From Hyphomicrobiales bacterium (GTDB lineage Bacteria; Pseudomonadota; Alphaproteobacteria; Rhizobiales; HXMU1428-3), in contig CBDDLE010000003.1 of the NCBI GenBank assembly GCA_965230545.1, positions 153,369-217,368 on the forward strand: DNA of 64,000 nucleotides, in the 5' to 3' direction. The notes under the pieces were generated by a model. That model made no database searches and was not told where the DNA came from. It worked only from the letters and a program-made list of their open reading frames with translations. Positions 38,707 to 48,792 of the stretch are shown piece by piece; within the stretch, counting starts at the first letter, position 1; each line of letters opens with the position of its first letter. The position numbers were made by a program, and so were the translations under genes.

Positions 38707-40100
38707 CTTGATGAATGTTCAGTTGTGTCGGAAATTTCTGAATTTGCTTTGATGTTACTTAGTTGTGAAATAATCTCATCGCTATCAAGCATCAGAAATT
38801 CTGAATGGGCTGTGTACATATCTTTAATTGTGTTGAGGGCTTTAATGCCTGCTTGCTGCAAAATGTCTTCATAAACATCAAAGCCTGGTTCTGAAATGTA
38901 GAATACTTTTTTATTCATGGCTGCTGCTTCAAATAAAGATGTTGAGAAACAGCCAACTATATATTCATACCGCATAAATAAATCATATAAATTGCCTTGA
39001 AAGTGATGTTCGCAACTCTCTAGTCCTTCAATATTATTTTGATGTTTGGGGTGATATCGAATGCCAATTGTTTCTTTGGGAAATAAGTTTCTGAATAGCT
39101 TGATTTGGCCTTCAATAAAATCAGCAACAGAAGGTTGCATGATAAAGAGAACACCTTGGGCAGGCCTATTGATTGAAACTTTTTCTCGTGACCAAAGGCC
39201 ATATTCATAAGTGCCTATTTGTATGCGAGTATTTTTTGCAAAATGTGGGTCTAGATTTTGCGTCCACAGCTTCCCCCAACAAATAAAATGTTTTGGTAAA
39301 ACTCCCTTGGGCAAATCATAGTCTTGTCCGAAACTATAACCAATATGTGCTGATGAAATAATTCCATGTTGGTATTCAACCGTTGGAATTTTGTCACCTG
39401 CTGCCAAGATCAGAGATGAATTGCTGTTATAGCCATCTACACATAGTATACATTTGGGATTGATGATTTTTAACAAGATCCTAGCAAATTTATTATCTGC
39501 ATCAATTTGCTTTAATCTTTTTGTATAGGCAGCGGGTTTGAAATATTTTTCTAACCCCAACGGTGTAAGCTTATGTTTAATTGTGCTTGCCATCTCAATA
39601 TTTCTAAAAAGCAAACACTTGTTCCACGCCCACCTAAAGATGTTAAGAATAACTCGAGGAATGATGACCTTATTGCCGTAAATTACATCTCTAATAGTAA
39701 GATGCTCATGTAGGCCAATTAATACCAGTAACTCACCTTGTTCAGATAAGTCAATTTTACTAAGGCCAAAATAAGGGTCACCATGGTCCCATTGATAGCC
39801 GCGCAGACGTAAGTGCTCTACGATTAAAATCGGTTTTTGACCTTTTAGCCTAACTAAAAATAATCTAGTTAAACTAATTAAAAAGAAAAATATCCCTTTT
39901 ACAATACCTGGTAATTTTTCTGGTGACGTTTTAACACTCCCTAGGGCATTTTGTTGAAGGTGCCTAAAGAGCCAAAAACGAGACTGATGATAAAGTATTT
40001 GCTCTTTTGCTCCAAAGGATGCTGAAGAATCAAGCCTTTGAATTACACGAATGATTTTTTTTAAGGTGGGTTTTAGGTTTTTTGAGCTTTCTAATGTCAA
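38703..40100 (-). CDS. hypothetical glycan-biosynthesis protein (possible CMP-sugar-dependent transferase; family not recognised with confidence)
   Basis: The 465-aa product is soluble. It is embedded in the operon between a GT2 gene and the neuB-like gene, with start/stop overlaps on both sides. Confidence 0.35.
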   Translation of the reverse strand: MTLESSKNLKPTLKKIIRVIQRLDSSASFGAKEQILYHQSRFWLFRHLQQNALGSVKTSPEKLPGIVKGIFFFLISLTRLFLVRLKGQKPILIVEHLRLRGYQWDHGDPYFGLSKIDLSEQGELLVLIGLHEHLTIRDVIYGNKVIIPRVILNIFRWAWNKCLLFRNIEMASTIKHKLTPLGLEKYFKPAAYTKRLKQIDADNKFARILLKIINPKCILCVDGYNSNSSLILAAGDKIPTVEYQHGIISSAHIGYSFGQDYDLPKGVLPKHFICWGKLWTQNLDPHFAKNTRIQIGTYEYGLWSREKVSINRPAQGVLFIMQPSVADFIEGQIKLFRNLFPKETIGIRYHPKHQNNIEGLESCEHHFQGNLYDLFMRYEYIVGCFSTSLFEAAAMNKKVFYISEPGFDVYEDILQQAGIKALNTIKDMYTAHSEFLMLDSDEIISQLSNIKANSEISDTTEHSSS

Positions 40101-41116
40101 GCTGAAAAATCCTTTGCATTGACTTCCTCAAGCTCCAGTAGATCTCTTGTTGCTTTTTTTCCTACAATCCATTCAAGTTTATCTGCTGACAAGCCGTGGT
40201 TTGGACGCAAGGAGATTAGGTCTGAATCGGTGATTGTTTCTCCTGCCTTTATAGCTCTTGCTGGATAGACGGCACGCCGGAAGCTTTTAACATGTCCGCT
40301 TTCTATCTCACTTTGGCAGGGTTTTTTTATATATGAGCCTTGCAACGTTTTAATTTTATTTATTTTTTCCCTCAATTGAAGCATGTCATCTTTTGTAAAG
40401 GAAACTTTATGATCTCGGAACTCTCTACCTATTTTATTATCTGTGAAATGTAGTTCCAAAATTTCAGCCCCCATAGCAACTGCAATTTCTGCAGCGTATG
40501 TACCATCTGTATGGTCCGAATACCCAACTTTATAATCATGGAAGTTATCTTTTAAAGTATGCATCACATTAAGATTCGTGTCTTGATCTGGTATCGGATA
40601 CATGGCTGTACACTGCAAGATAGAGATCATATCCTTTTGTGAATATAGGCCATTCTGTGAACAGACAAAATCAATGGTTGCCTTCACCTCTTCAATATTA
40701 GCTAGCCCAGTTGAAAGTATTATGGGTTTATTTGTACTGCAGATTTCTTTTAGAAGAGAGTACGCGGTCAGATCACCTGAACCAATTTTATAAAAACTAA
40801 GGTAGGAATCGAAAGTTTCAATTTGTGACGGATCCCAAATAGAAGCATTAAACTCTATACCAAGATCAACGGCTCTTTTAGCAAGATCTAGATATTCTTC
40901 AGTTGATAGTGCAAATTTATTGAAATGAGCAACGCGCTGCGGGTCTTCTTTTTTATTCACTAAAGAAGCACCTGTATAGATTTGAAATTTTACAACATCA
41001 GCTCCAGACTCCGATGCCAATTTTAATAACTTGCATGCATAGTCAAAACTGCCTTCATGATTTCCGCCTATTTCAGCTATAATCATCACGTTATTCTGAC
41101 GCATCTTCTTCTCCAA
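40097..41116 (-). CDS. NeuB/SpsE-family nonulosonic acid (N-acylneuraminate-type) synthase with C-terminal SAF domain
   Basis: The NeuB TIM-barrel region is IIAEIGGNHEGSFDYACKLLKLASESGADVVKFQ...KIGSGD. The C-terminal SAF/antifreeze-like domain is ISLRPNHGLSADKLEWIVGKKATRDL. Confidence 0.85.
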   Translation of the reverse strand: MEKKMRQNNVMIIAEIGGNHEGSFDYACKLLKLASESGADVVKFQIYTGASLVNKKEDPQRVAHFNKFALSTEEYLDLAKRAVDLGIEFNASIWDPSQIETFDSYLSFYKIGSGDLTAYSLLKEICSTNKPIILSTGLANIEEVKATIDFVCSQNGLYSQKDMISILQCTAMYPIPDQDTNLNVMHTLKDNFHDYKVGYSDHTDGTYAAEIAVAMGAEILELHFTDNKIGREFRDHKVSFTKDDMLQLREKINKIKTLQGSYIKKPCQSEIESGHVKSFRRAVYPARAIKAGETITDSDLISLRPNHGLSADKLEWIVGKKATRDLLELEEVNAKDFSA

Positions 41117-42476
41117 TTAATTTAGCTCCAATAACATTGGCTATATTCAGGTCTTCAAGGCTTTCTATTTCAAATGCTGAAAGTTTGTCTATGAGGATAT
41201 GTCCCATACGTTTCGTAAGAAGAGACTTATGAGCAAACAATGCATCCCTTTTGATAACTGTTATACCACCTTTGCGAATATAGATATCGTCTCTTTCCTG
41301 GCGCAATTTTATGTCCTGCCATAATTTTAGGCCATGGCCATCATGAAAATAGAATATCGAATTATTATTCAAAACACTATCAACTGACTCTGTGTCATAA
41401 AGATATAGGGAATAAATCGCCGTATCTATATAATTCACTTGGGAAAAAGGCGTGTCTATTGTCAAAACTACGATATTGTTATGTACTTTTTTAGTTTGGC
41501 CTTCTAGGTAATTTATAAGAGTGCCTGCTAAATCAACGCCTGCACCTGCATATTTGGAATCACGTCGTACAGCTTTAATATGCTTCGTATAATTATTTTG
41601 ATGCTCGGATATATAATTAATGATTTTATCTGACTCAGTCAGAATAACAATTTCTTCAATTTCATCTGATTTTTCAGCTTTATTTATTGTCCAGTCCAAA
41701 AGTGTTCTATTCGCAACTTTAAGAAGCGCAAAATCACTATTACCGACATCACGTGAACGTACAGGAATTAGTGCAATAGAGCCGTTTGGTTGAACCCCTC
41801 TTTGATACGCATGGTCTTTATAAATTCGAGACCTTGTTTGTAAGATGCGCAATTGATTTGATGATAGGCTGCTTGAATGTTTCCGGTAATAAAAAAGTGG
41901 TTCATTGACGTTCGCTACAGAAAATTTATGCGTAACTGACAACCAAAGGTCAACCCCATCCTGGCAGCTATAAGCATCGCTTAGTCCTCCGACGGATTCA
42001 TAATGTAATTTTCTAATCAATGTACAGGCGCCATGAGCCGGCTGGTCAAGAAGAGTTACCGTTGAATTAAAATTATGTCGTTTAATTTGATGTAGTATTT
42101 GACCACTTTCATTGACTTCATAATAATCAGGGAAAACTAATGCGGTATTCTCAGATTTTTCAATCTCGTTTACCAGCTTTTCTATGATGTCTCTTTTAAA
42201 CCAGTCGTCCGCATCCAGTCGAATAACAAATTCGCCTGTTGCCTGTTTGAATGCTGCGATAATAGTAGCGTTTAAGCCTTGGTTTTGATTATAAAAAATC
42301 TGAATACGATCATTTCGTTCATATTCTTGTAAAATTGTTTTTGAGTTATCCGTTGAACCATCATCGAAGACTAGAATCTCCAAATTTGGATAGGTTTGAT
42401 TTAGGACACTTTCAATGGCTTTTTCCAGATAGTGACCATAATTGTAGTTTACTACATAGACTGAGACTTTTTTCAT
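41091..42476 (-). CDS. fusion protein: N-terminal GT2 glycosyltransferase plus C-terminal CMP-sugar (acylneuraminate-type) cytidylyltransferase domain
   Basis: GT2 motifs are present (VSVYVVNYNYGHYLEKAIESVLNQTY...VFDDGSTDNS...LDADD). From about residue 235 onwards, IALIPVRSRDVGNSDFALLKV...resembles the CTP_transf_3 P-loop of NeuA/KdsB-type enzymes. Confidence 0.65.
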   Translation of the reverse strand: MKKVSVYVVNYNYGHYLEKAIESVLNQTYPNLEILVFDDGSTDNSKTILQEYERNDRIQIFYNQNQGLNATIIAAFKQATGEFVIRLDADDWFKRDIIEKLVNEIEKSENTALVFPDYYEVNESGQILHQIKRHNFNSTVTLLDQPAHGACTLIRKLHYESVGGLSDAYSCQDGVDLWLSVTHKFSVANVNEPLFYYRKHSSSLSSNQLRILQTRSRIYKDHAYQRGVQPNGSIALIPVRSRDVGNSDFALLKVANRTLLDWTINKAEKSDEIEEIVILTESDKIINYISEHQNNYTKHIKAVRRDSKYAGAGVDLAGTLINYLEGQTKKVHNNIVVLTIDTPFSQVNYIDTAIYSLYLYDTESVDSVLNNNSIFYFHDGHGLKLWQDIKLRQERDDIYIRKGGITVIKRDALFAHKSLLTKRMGHILIDKLSAFEIESLEDLNIANVIGAKLIGEEDASE

Positions 42477-42627
42477 AGGATCTTTGAAGCTGGTTTGTTT
42501 TTTATCTCGTAAGATTAGATTAGAATTACAGAATGTCTTAAATTTATATATACAACACTAAAAAATGACTTTTGAGTAAAAGATGATATCAAGTCATTCG
42601 TTCTTTCTTTTAGAGGAAAAGACCTAC

Positions 42628-44031
42628 CTACTCAGCACCTGTTTTTTGTGAAACATTTGATAGTTCGGATTGAACAATCTTGGCAAGACAAATGAGAGAA
42701 ACCAGAGAAATAACTTTATCTATTCCAAATATTATATTCAAATTTAGGTAAGAAATAAGAAATGCTCCAATGGGCATAATTGAAATGAAAAGAGTAAGTA
42801 AATATATACCTTTATTAATTTCTCTTGGCACAAGTTTTTGACCAAGTAAGCTCATCGCTATCAATCTAAAACTGCAGTTAATAACAAACGCAAGGGCCGC
42901 CCCCCAAAGTCCAAAACCATACGTCATCACACAAGCAATTGACACTTGAAGGATAACCACTGGTGTGAGTACTTTTAGATTTTTACTCAATTTCATTTTT
43001 ACATCTGCACCGACTGCCATAAGAACTTCCTGGGCTTTAAAAAAGTACCCTAGGATGCAAACAAGAAATATTGGAAAAATAACCTTATATTCAGGCTTCA
43101 GGATAAATTCAAAAAGGAATGCAATAGCAAGAATCATCAGATTTGCCGTAATACCAAAAAAAGCAACTGACATATTGGTATATTCTGAAAGAAATTTTTT
43201 CACATCTTCTTCCTTTTTCAGTGAATAGATGATGGGGTATGTAACTGACCTAGCTCCAGCTGCAGTCGTTTTAATCGGCCCTGATACTCTTTGAGCAAAA
43301 CTATAGGTTGCGAAATCTGCACCAGAAACAAACGACTGAAGGAAAATACGATCAAATGTTTGTTGAACGGCTTCTAGAACCCCTAAGGGTAGGTTGGGAA
43401 GAATATATTTTATTTCTTCAGTAAGAGAGGTAATTTTATAAATTATTTTTTTTCTCAGCCAAAAAACCCAAATGAAAAAAGAAACAACACTTCCTAACAA
43501 TGAACCATAGAAGAAGCCATACATATCTTCTAACACGTACACAAAACTAAGAATGAAGGATTGAGTTAGAATCACTGTTAATAGTGAATACACCCCATAC
43601 TCAACAATTTTTTTTTCGCATCTCATGATAACTAAAGTGATATGATGGGGAGACTGAAACAAGGCTGATAAAAGTGTGATTACCAAAAATGTATGATTAT
43701 AGAAACTTAATTCAAAAATGTATGCCAACAGAATATATGCAATAAAAATAATAACTGTTGTTACTATGAAGGAAGCCACAGTAATAGTGAATATCTTTTG
43801 GCTTCTTTTCCCCTCTTCATACATAAAGAAAAACCGCTCCAAGGAACGATGGAATTGTAAATTTATGATGGGAAGTAAAAATGCAGTTATCAAAAGATGA
43901 GTGCCAATTATTGCAAAATCTTCCAGTTTCAATAAACCAGCTAGAGCAATAGTCGATAAAAACACCAAACCCTGCGAAAAAAATTTGATGAAAATATAAG
44001 TGCCCGCATTTGAGAATATTGATAGTGGCAT
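42628..44031 (-). CDS. wzx: Wzx-type oligosaccharide flippase (MOP/polysaccharide biosynthesis protein family)
   Basis: The 467-aa product has about 12-14 TM segments, the typical Wzx topology. It lies within the glycan operon. Confidence 0.75.
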   Translation of the reverse strand: MPLSIFSNAGTYIFIKFFSQGLVFLSTIALAGLLKLEDFAIIGTHLLITAFLLPIINLQFHRSLERFFFMYEEGKRSQKIFTITVASFIVTTVIIFIAYILLAYIFELSFYNHTFLVITLLSALFQSPHHITLVIMRCEKKIVEYGVYSLLTVILTQSFILSFVYVLEDMYGFFYGSLLGSVVSFFIWVFWLRKKIIYKITSLTEEIKYILPNLPLGVLEAVQQTFDRIFLQSFVSGADFATYSFAQRVSGPIKTTAAGARSVTYPIIYSLKKEEDVKKFLSEYTNMSVAFFGITANLMILAIAFLFEFILKPEYKVIFPIFLVCILGYFFKAQEVLMAVGADVKMKLSKNLKVLTPVVILQVSIACVMTYGFGLWGAALAFVINCSFRLIAMSLLGQKLVPREINKGIYLLTLFISIMPIGAFLISYLNLNIIFGIDKVISLVSLICLAKIVQSELSNVSQKTGAE

Positions 44032-44107
44032 ATGTTGAACTTATTCCAAAATTTTTGCAACTTGATTTATCTAAGCGAATTAAAACATCTGAATTATAAA
44101 ATCAGAA

Positions 44108-44797
44108 TTATTTTTTATCTCGTAATTGCGCAGCATAAGTACAGACGTCCATATAATCTTCTAGGGTGTCGATGGATAATGCGGGACGCTTTGTCTGATA
44201 GTCTTTTATTATATTTACTTTATGGTATTGAAAAAAATGAGGTATCACATGTTCTTGTCCAAATGCACTTACTTCAATAGTATTAATTTTCATTAGACTT
44301 TTTTTTAAAAAAATATCGATAGAAGACCCCTTTGGAACATAACGTATGACTTTGTTATTCTCGTCTATCTCTCTTGTAGAAGTTAAATCGGGGCAATTCT
44401 CTTTGTGACTTTTCAAGCAGTAATTTAGCAGGTGAAAATCTAACAAGGGATTGTCAGAAGTGAGACGTACAATATGCTTACAATTGGTAAGTTTGGATGC
44501 TTCTTGATATCGTTTCAACACATTTTTCTCTTCACCACTGAAAACAGTAATATCAAGAGCTGAGACATAATCAACAATCAATTCATCTAATAAGTTATTG
44601 GTTGTAGCTACTATAATGTTTTGAGGATTGATACCCTGCTCAATTAGAGTAGTTAACAAATACCCTAGGATAGTAGAACCTTCAAAATTAAGTAAAGTTT
44701 TCCCGGGTAAACGTGAAGAGCCCATTCTTGCTTGAATTATAAATGCGAAATCTTGGAAGAGTATAGTTGTGTCTTTATTTTTTGAATTGTTTCTCAT
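44108..44797 (-). CDS. CMP-nonulosonic acid synthetase-like cytidylyltransferase (SpsF/NeuA/PseF family)
   Basis: The N-terminal P-loop is FIIQARMGSSRLPGKTLL. The 229-aa length fits CTP_transf_3. Confidence 0.75.
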   Translation of the reverse strand: MRNNSKNKDTTILFQDFAFIIQARMGSSRLPGKTLLNFEGSTILGYLLTTLIEQGINPQNIIVATTNNLLDELIVDYVSALDITVFSGEEKNVLKRYQEASKLTNCKHIVRLTSDNPLLDFHLLNYCLKSHKENCPDLTSTREIDENNKVIRYVPKGSSIDIFLKKSLMKINTIEVSAFGQEHVIPHFFQYHKVNIIKDYQTKRPALSIDTLEDYMDVCTYAAQLRDKK

Positions 44798-44874
44798 TAT
44801 CCATACAGCTAATAATCAGTAATATTTCTAAATTTATTACATATCATTTATTTTCTATACGATATAGAAAAAGT

Positions 44875-45375
44875 TTAATGAAATTTGTTTTCAGCCTTTA
44901 GTTTATGATATTTTTCTGCATTTCTTTTATTAAATGGCTTAGCTGGGTTTCCACCAGCAATAACTAGTGGTTGAATGCTTTGAGTTACAACACTACCAAC
45001 CTGAATAATTGCGCCTTCACCAATCTCAACATTTCCGATTATAGTCACATTATCACCAAGCCAAACATTATCACCTATTGCTATGTTGTAAATTTTTAAG
45101 TTGCCGTCATAGGGAAGTGCCGTACCTTCATAATTATGTGATTGTGTATATAGAGAGATATTCTTACCTGAATGAAAATTATCACCAATTGTAACTGTCC
45201 CTTTTCCAAAAACTCTCATACCGTTAAAATTAACATTTGTACCTACAGCAGTGTTCTTAGAAAGCCATGTGAAGCTATTTGCGTGAACAGGATTCTTACC
45301 CCCTAGAGATAAGTTTGCGACCCAGGTCCAAAGTATAGCTTGTATCTTCTTAACTATGAACCTAGCATGTCTCAA
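44875..45375 (-). CDS. hexapeptide-repeat sugar O/N-acetyltransferase
   Basis: Left-handed beta-helix repeats are present ([LIV]GxxxxIGDNVWLGDNVTIIGNVEIGEGAIIQVGSVV). Confidence 0.8.
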   Translation of the reverse strand: MRHARFIVKKIQAILWTWVANLSLGGKNPVHANSFTWLSKNTAVGTNVNFNGMRVFGKGTVTIGDNFHSGKNISLYTQSHNYEGTALPYDGNLKIYNIAIGDNVWLGDNVTIIGNVEIGEGAIIQVGSVVTQSIQPLVIAGGNPAKPFNKRNAEKYHKLKAENKFH

Positions 45376-45509
45376 TCTTTATGTACCTCAAACTTGAGAA
45401 GATATTCCAAATCATTCATAAAAGATAAAATCTATTTATCCTTTCTAGTAAGTTCATTTTGCACAACAATCAATGTTAAATTGAATTTGGGCTTTGTAAC
45501 ATACACAAT

Positions 45510-46505
45510 TTGATATCATTTTTAAAAGTAAGAGACTCAAAAATGAATTTCTCAGATTTTTTTAAACAACCATTCCATGCTATTCTTTATTGTAGAGAGG
45601 TATATCAATATTATTTTAATAAAAAATATAGAGTAAAAGCTGATTTCATAAACTATTCTCATATTTGCGCAACTAAAAAGAGCCTTCTATTGCTGAATAA
45701 TAATAAATTTACAAAATTATTAAGAGGGCATTTTTATGGTATCACAATGAATGCTCAATTCATCTATGTTTTTCAATCTTTTCCTAAGCTTTGTAAGGGG
45801 CGTATACTCAAAATTTCACCAAATGGTTCGGTTATGTCATTGATTGAGAATCTTTCCGAAGGGTGCCATCAAATTGATATTAGGGAGAATAATTTATTTA
45901 TTGTGGATACTTATAACAATAAAATCCTACAGTATAACTTAGATAATTTATCTGAAAATAAAGTTTTTTTTCCATTAGGCCCTTTACTAGATGGTAGGCA
46001 ATCAATTAATTATCAGCATATGAACTCTATTTTATTAGGAAAAGAAAATAATTTAATACTTTGCCATAATGAATTTATTAAAACTGGGAAATTTAGCGAA
46101 ATACTCGTTTGCGATAAGAGTTTTAAAGTCATAAAACAAATTAAGATTAATTCCAAATGTGCCCATAATATAGGACTAACCAGCCGTAAAAGATACCTAT
46201 TTTGTAATTCATTAGAAAATAGTATTTCTAATGAACGATACGATGAGGTTCAATTGTCCAGTTTTACGAGAGGTTTATCAATTACCGAAGATTGCATCGT
46301 AGTTGGTGAATCTGATTATGGAAAAAGAGATATTAGAGATAGATTAAATGGGTGGATCAATTTTTTTGATCATAAATTGGTTTTAATCAATAGAATGAGA
46401 GTTCCTGGTTTAGTCCAAGAAATAAGAGCTTTGCATGATATTGACCTTACCCTTTCGAAACATAATCATGAATTACCTGATTTAATTGAGACAAAAATTC
46501 ATTGA
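45510..46505 (+). CDS. hypothetical protein; the only plus-strand gene inside the minus-strand glycan operon, extremely AT-rich
   Basis: The 331-aa ORF is uninterrupted. No motif was recognised and the product has no TM segments. Confidence 0.35.
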   Translation: MISFLKVRDSKMNFSDFFKQPFHAILYCREVYQYYFNKKYRVKADFINYSHICATKKSLLLLNNNKFTKLLRGHFYGITMNAQFIYVFQSFPKLCKGRILKISPNGSVMSLIENLSEGCHQIDIRENNLFIVDTYNNKILQYNLDNLSENKVFFPLGPLLDGRQSINYQHMNSILLGKENNLILCHNEFIKTGKFSEILVCDKSFKVIKQIKINSKCAHNIGLTSRKRYLFCNSLENSISNERYDEVQLSSFTRGLSITEDCIVVGESDYGKRDIRDRLNGWINFFDHKLVLINRMRVPGLVQEIRALHDIDLTLSKHNHELPDLIETKIH

Positions 46506-46535
46506 TCATAAAACTAGAACAAGACTGAAAGTTTA

Positions 46536-47750
46536 TCAAAGTTTTGAATATAAGGTGTTTGAAATTTTCTTATGATGCATTATTAAAAATATAAATATTA
46601 TTAGTGTAACCATCAAAAGATCAGTGTACAATATTAAATTTGAAAAATTGAATAAAAAGAATGAAAATGAGAAGCAAATTAACATTATTTTCGTGTTTTT
46701 TAAAATATCAAGTTTAATAATACGATTAATACCAAATAAAATACAAAGCAAAAGCATTATAAGGCCAATTATACCCCCTTCAATATAAACTTCTATAAAA
46801 CTATTGTGTGTACTAATTTTGTCACCATCTTTATAGTTATAGAGCAATACTCGTGCCTGCCCAATACCATAGCCCCAAATAGGGTTATCAGAGTATTCGG
46901 TTAAAGAATGATAAAATAATTTCCACCTTCCACTACCTTCGATTATTCGATGTATCCTATAGCTAATAAAATCCTCAAAACTTTGGTAAAACACATAAAT
47001 AAAGCTTGCAATAAAGATACAAAACCCGATTAATATATATCTTTTATTTTTACTTAAATTGCAAATAAAAATAAGTGTTGGAATCATTAGAACGATCATT
47101 CCAGTAATAGAAATAGATAAAAATAAACATAATAACACCAATATAAATAATGCATTATTTATTCTATTGCAGCTTATTATGTTAAAGTATGTAATAACCA
47201 TTAACATATAAGAAAAGTTATTCGGACTATCTGTGAAACCTCTCATTCTAATGATGTTACCTTCTAAATATGCACCATAAAAATATTTCTGATCTAAAGT
47301 GTCAGTAACAAAATAAATGTAATTTAATATACCTACTACATAATATAGTAGTGATAGTAAGAGATACGCAAGCAGCAAGTCATTTAATATTTTAGTTATA
47401 ATTCTTGTATTTGCATTTCTTAACAATATTATAGTAATAAAAATTGATATCGCGATTAAAATTAGCGAAAGAGATCTTTTAATTGATAGGTCAATATTAT
47501 TTGCCCATAATGATGTGGATATCATATATGTTGCAAATAATATTATAATAATATTTTGCTTAATAAAGCGTAATAAATAACAACAAACTTCATTAAGGTG
47601 AAACGTTATCAAGTATATGCATGATAACGATATCGCAAGCATAAATAGTTTTATATTAGTTATATAATTACATAGGATAATGCCTTGAAATAGAAAGGAC
47701 AAAACTAGGAAAATAAAAATTACTTCTTTTTTTAGTAGTAGTTTTGCCAA
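46536..47750 (-). CDS. wzy: O-antigen polymerase Wzy-like membrane protein (Wzy_C motif)
   Basis: The 404-aa product has about 10-11 TM segments. The C-terminal motif HNSFIEVYIEGGIIGL is typical of Wzy/WaaL. Confidence 0.65.
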   Translation of the reverse strand: MAKLLLKKEVIFIFLVLSFLFQGIILCNYITNIKLFMLAISLSCIYLITFHLNEVCCYLLRFIKQNIIIILFATYMISTSLWANNIDLSIKRSLSLILIAISIFITIILLRNANTRIITKILNDLLLAYLLLSLLYYVVGILNYIYFVTDTLDQKYFYGAYLEGNIIRMRGFTDSPNNFSYMLMVITYFNIISCNRINNALFILVLLCLFLSISITGMIVLMIPTLIFICNLSKNKRYILIGFCIFIASFIYVFYQSFEDFISYRIHRIIEGSGRWKLFYHSLTEYSDNPIWGYGIGQARVLLYNYKDGDKISTHNSFIEVYIEGGIIGLIMLLLCILFGINRIIKLDILKNTKIMLICFSFSFFLFNFSNLILYTDLLMVTLIIFIFLIMHHKKISNTLYSKL

Positions 47751-47754
47751 TGAA

Positions 47755-48777
47755 TTAGCCCCTCCCCTCTAAATACCATACTGCAGTTTCCTTTAAACCT
47801 TCGGTAACCTTATAACTGGGGTCATAAGATAGCAATTTATTAGCTTTACTGATATCAGCCAGTGAATGATTTATATCTCCCTTTCGAAAGTCTCGATATT
47901 TTAAAAGATCTATCTGAACTTTCGTATGAGACGATAAAATATTTGAGATTAATGAATAAAGTTCATTGAGCGTGGTTCGGTCCCCTACAGCAACATTATA
48001 AACCTGATTTACAGCTTCTTGGTTTACAGTAGTTGCTGCAAGTAGGTTCGCTTGTACCGCATTTTCAACATAGCAAAAATCACGGCTTGTCACACCGTCA
48101 CCATTTATGTAAACGGGTTCATTTTTTAGAATCGATGCAATCCATTTCGGAATGACAGCCGCATAAGCCCCATTCGGGTCTTGTCTTTTCCCAAACACAT
48201 TAAAATAACGCAGTCCGATGATTTCCAGATTATATGTTTTAGCAAACACATCTGCATAAAGCTCATTGACGTATTTCGTTACCGCGTAGGGTGATAGCGG
48301 CTTACCAATCTTACCCTCAACCTTTGGTAGCTCAGGATGATCTCCATATGTTGAGCTGCTTGCAGCATAAACAAATCGTTTAACACCTGCATCACAAGCA
48401 CTAACAAGCATATTTAAAAAACCATCAATATTTGCTTTATTTGTCGCAATTGGATTTTTGATACTTCGCGGCACTGACCCTAAAGCGGCTTGGTGTAGAA
48501 CAATGTCAACATTTGCGCTAGCCTCTTTACAAGCATCGAGGTCGCAAATATCTCCTTTTATGAAACGAAAGTTGGACCATTGTTCTGGGCTAACAAGTGA
48601 CTGAACCTCATCCAAATTTTTTTGATGGCCGGTAGAGAAATTATCCAGCCCAATTACGTTTTGATTGAGCTCAAGAAGTGTTTCTAAAAGATTGCTGCCA
48701 ATAAAACCAGCAACGCCTGTTATGAGCCACATTCTGGGTTTAGAAAAAAGATCGTTTTTGACTTTTGAATATTGCAT
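47755..48777 (-). CDS. NAD-dependent UDP-N-acetylglucosamin(uron)ate 4-epimerase (WbpP/TviC-like, extended SDR)
   Basis: The Rossmann motif is [13 protein letters not shown], with a YxxxK catalytic site (YAVTKYVNE). It is adjacent to the WbpO-like dehydrogenase. Confidence 0.85.
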   Translation of the reverse strand: MQYSKVKNDLFSKPRMWLITGVAGFIGSNLLETLLELNQNVIGLDNFSTGHQKNLDEVQSLVSPEQWSNFRFIKGDICDLDACKEASANVDIVLHQAALGSVPRSIKNPIATNKANIDGFLNMLVSACDAGVKRFVYAASSSTYGDHPELPKVEGKIGKPLSPYAVTKYVNELYADVFAKTYNLEIIGLRYFNVFGKRQDPNGAYAAVIPKWIASILKNEPVYINGDGVTSRDFCYVENAVQANLLAATTVNQEAVNQVYNVAVGDRTTLNELYSLISNILSSHTKVQIDLLKYRDFRKGDINHSLADISKANKLLSYDPSYKVTEGLKETAVWYLEGRG

Positions 48778-48792
48778 GAGAGATTTACTTAA

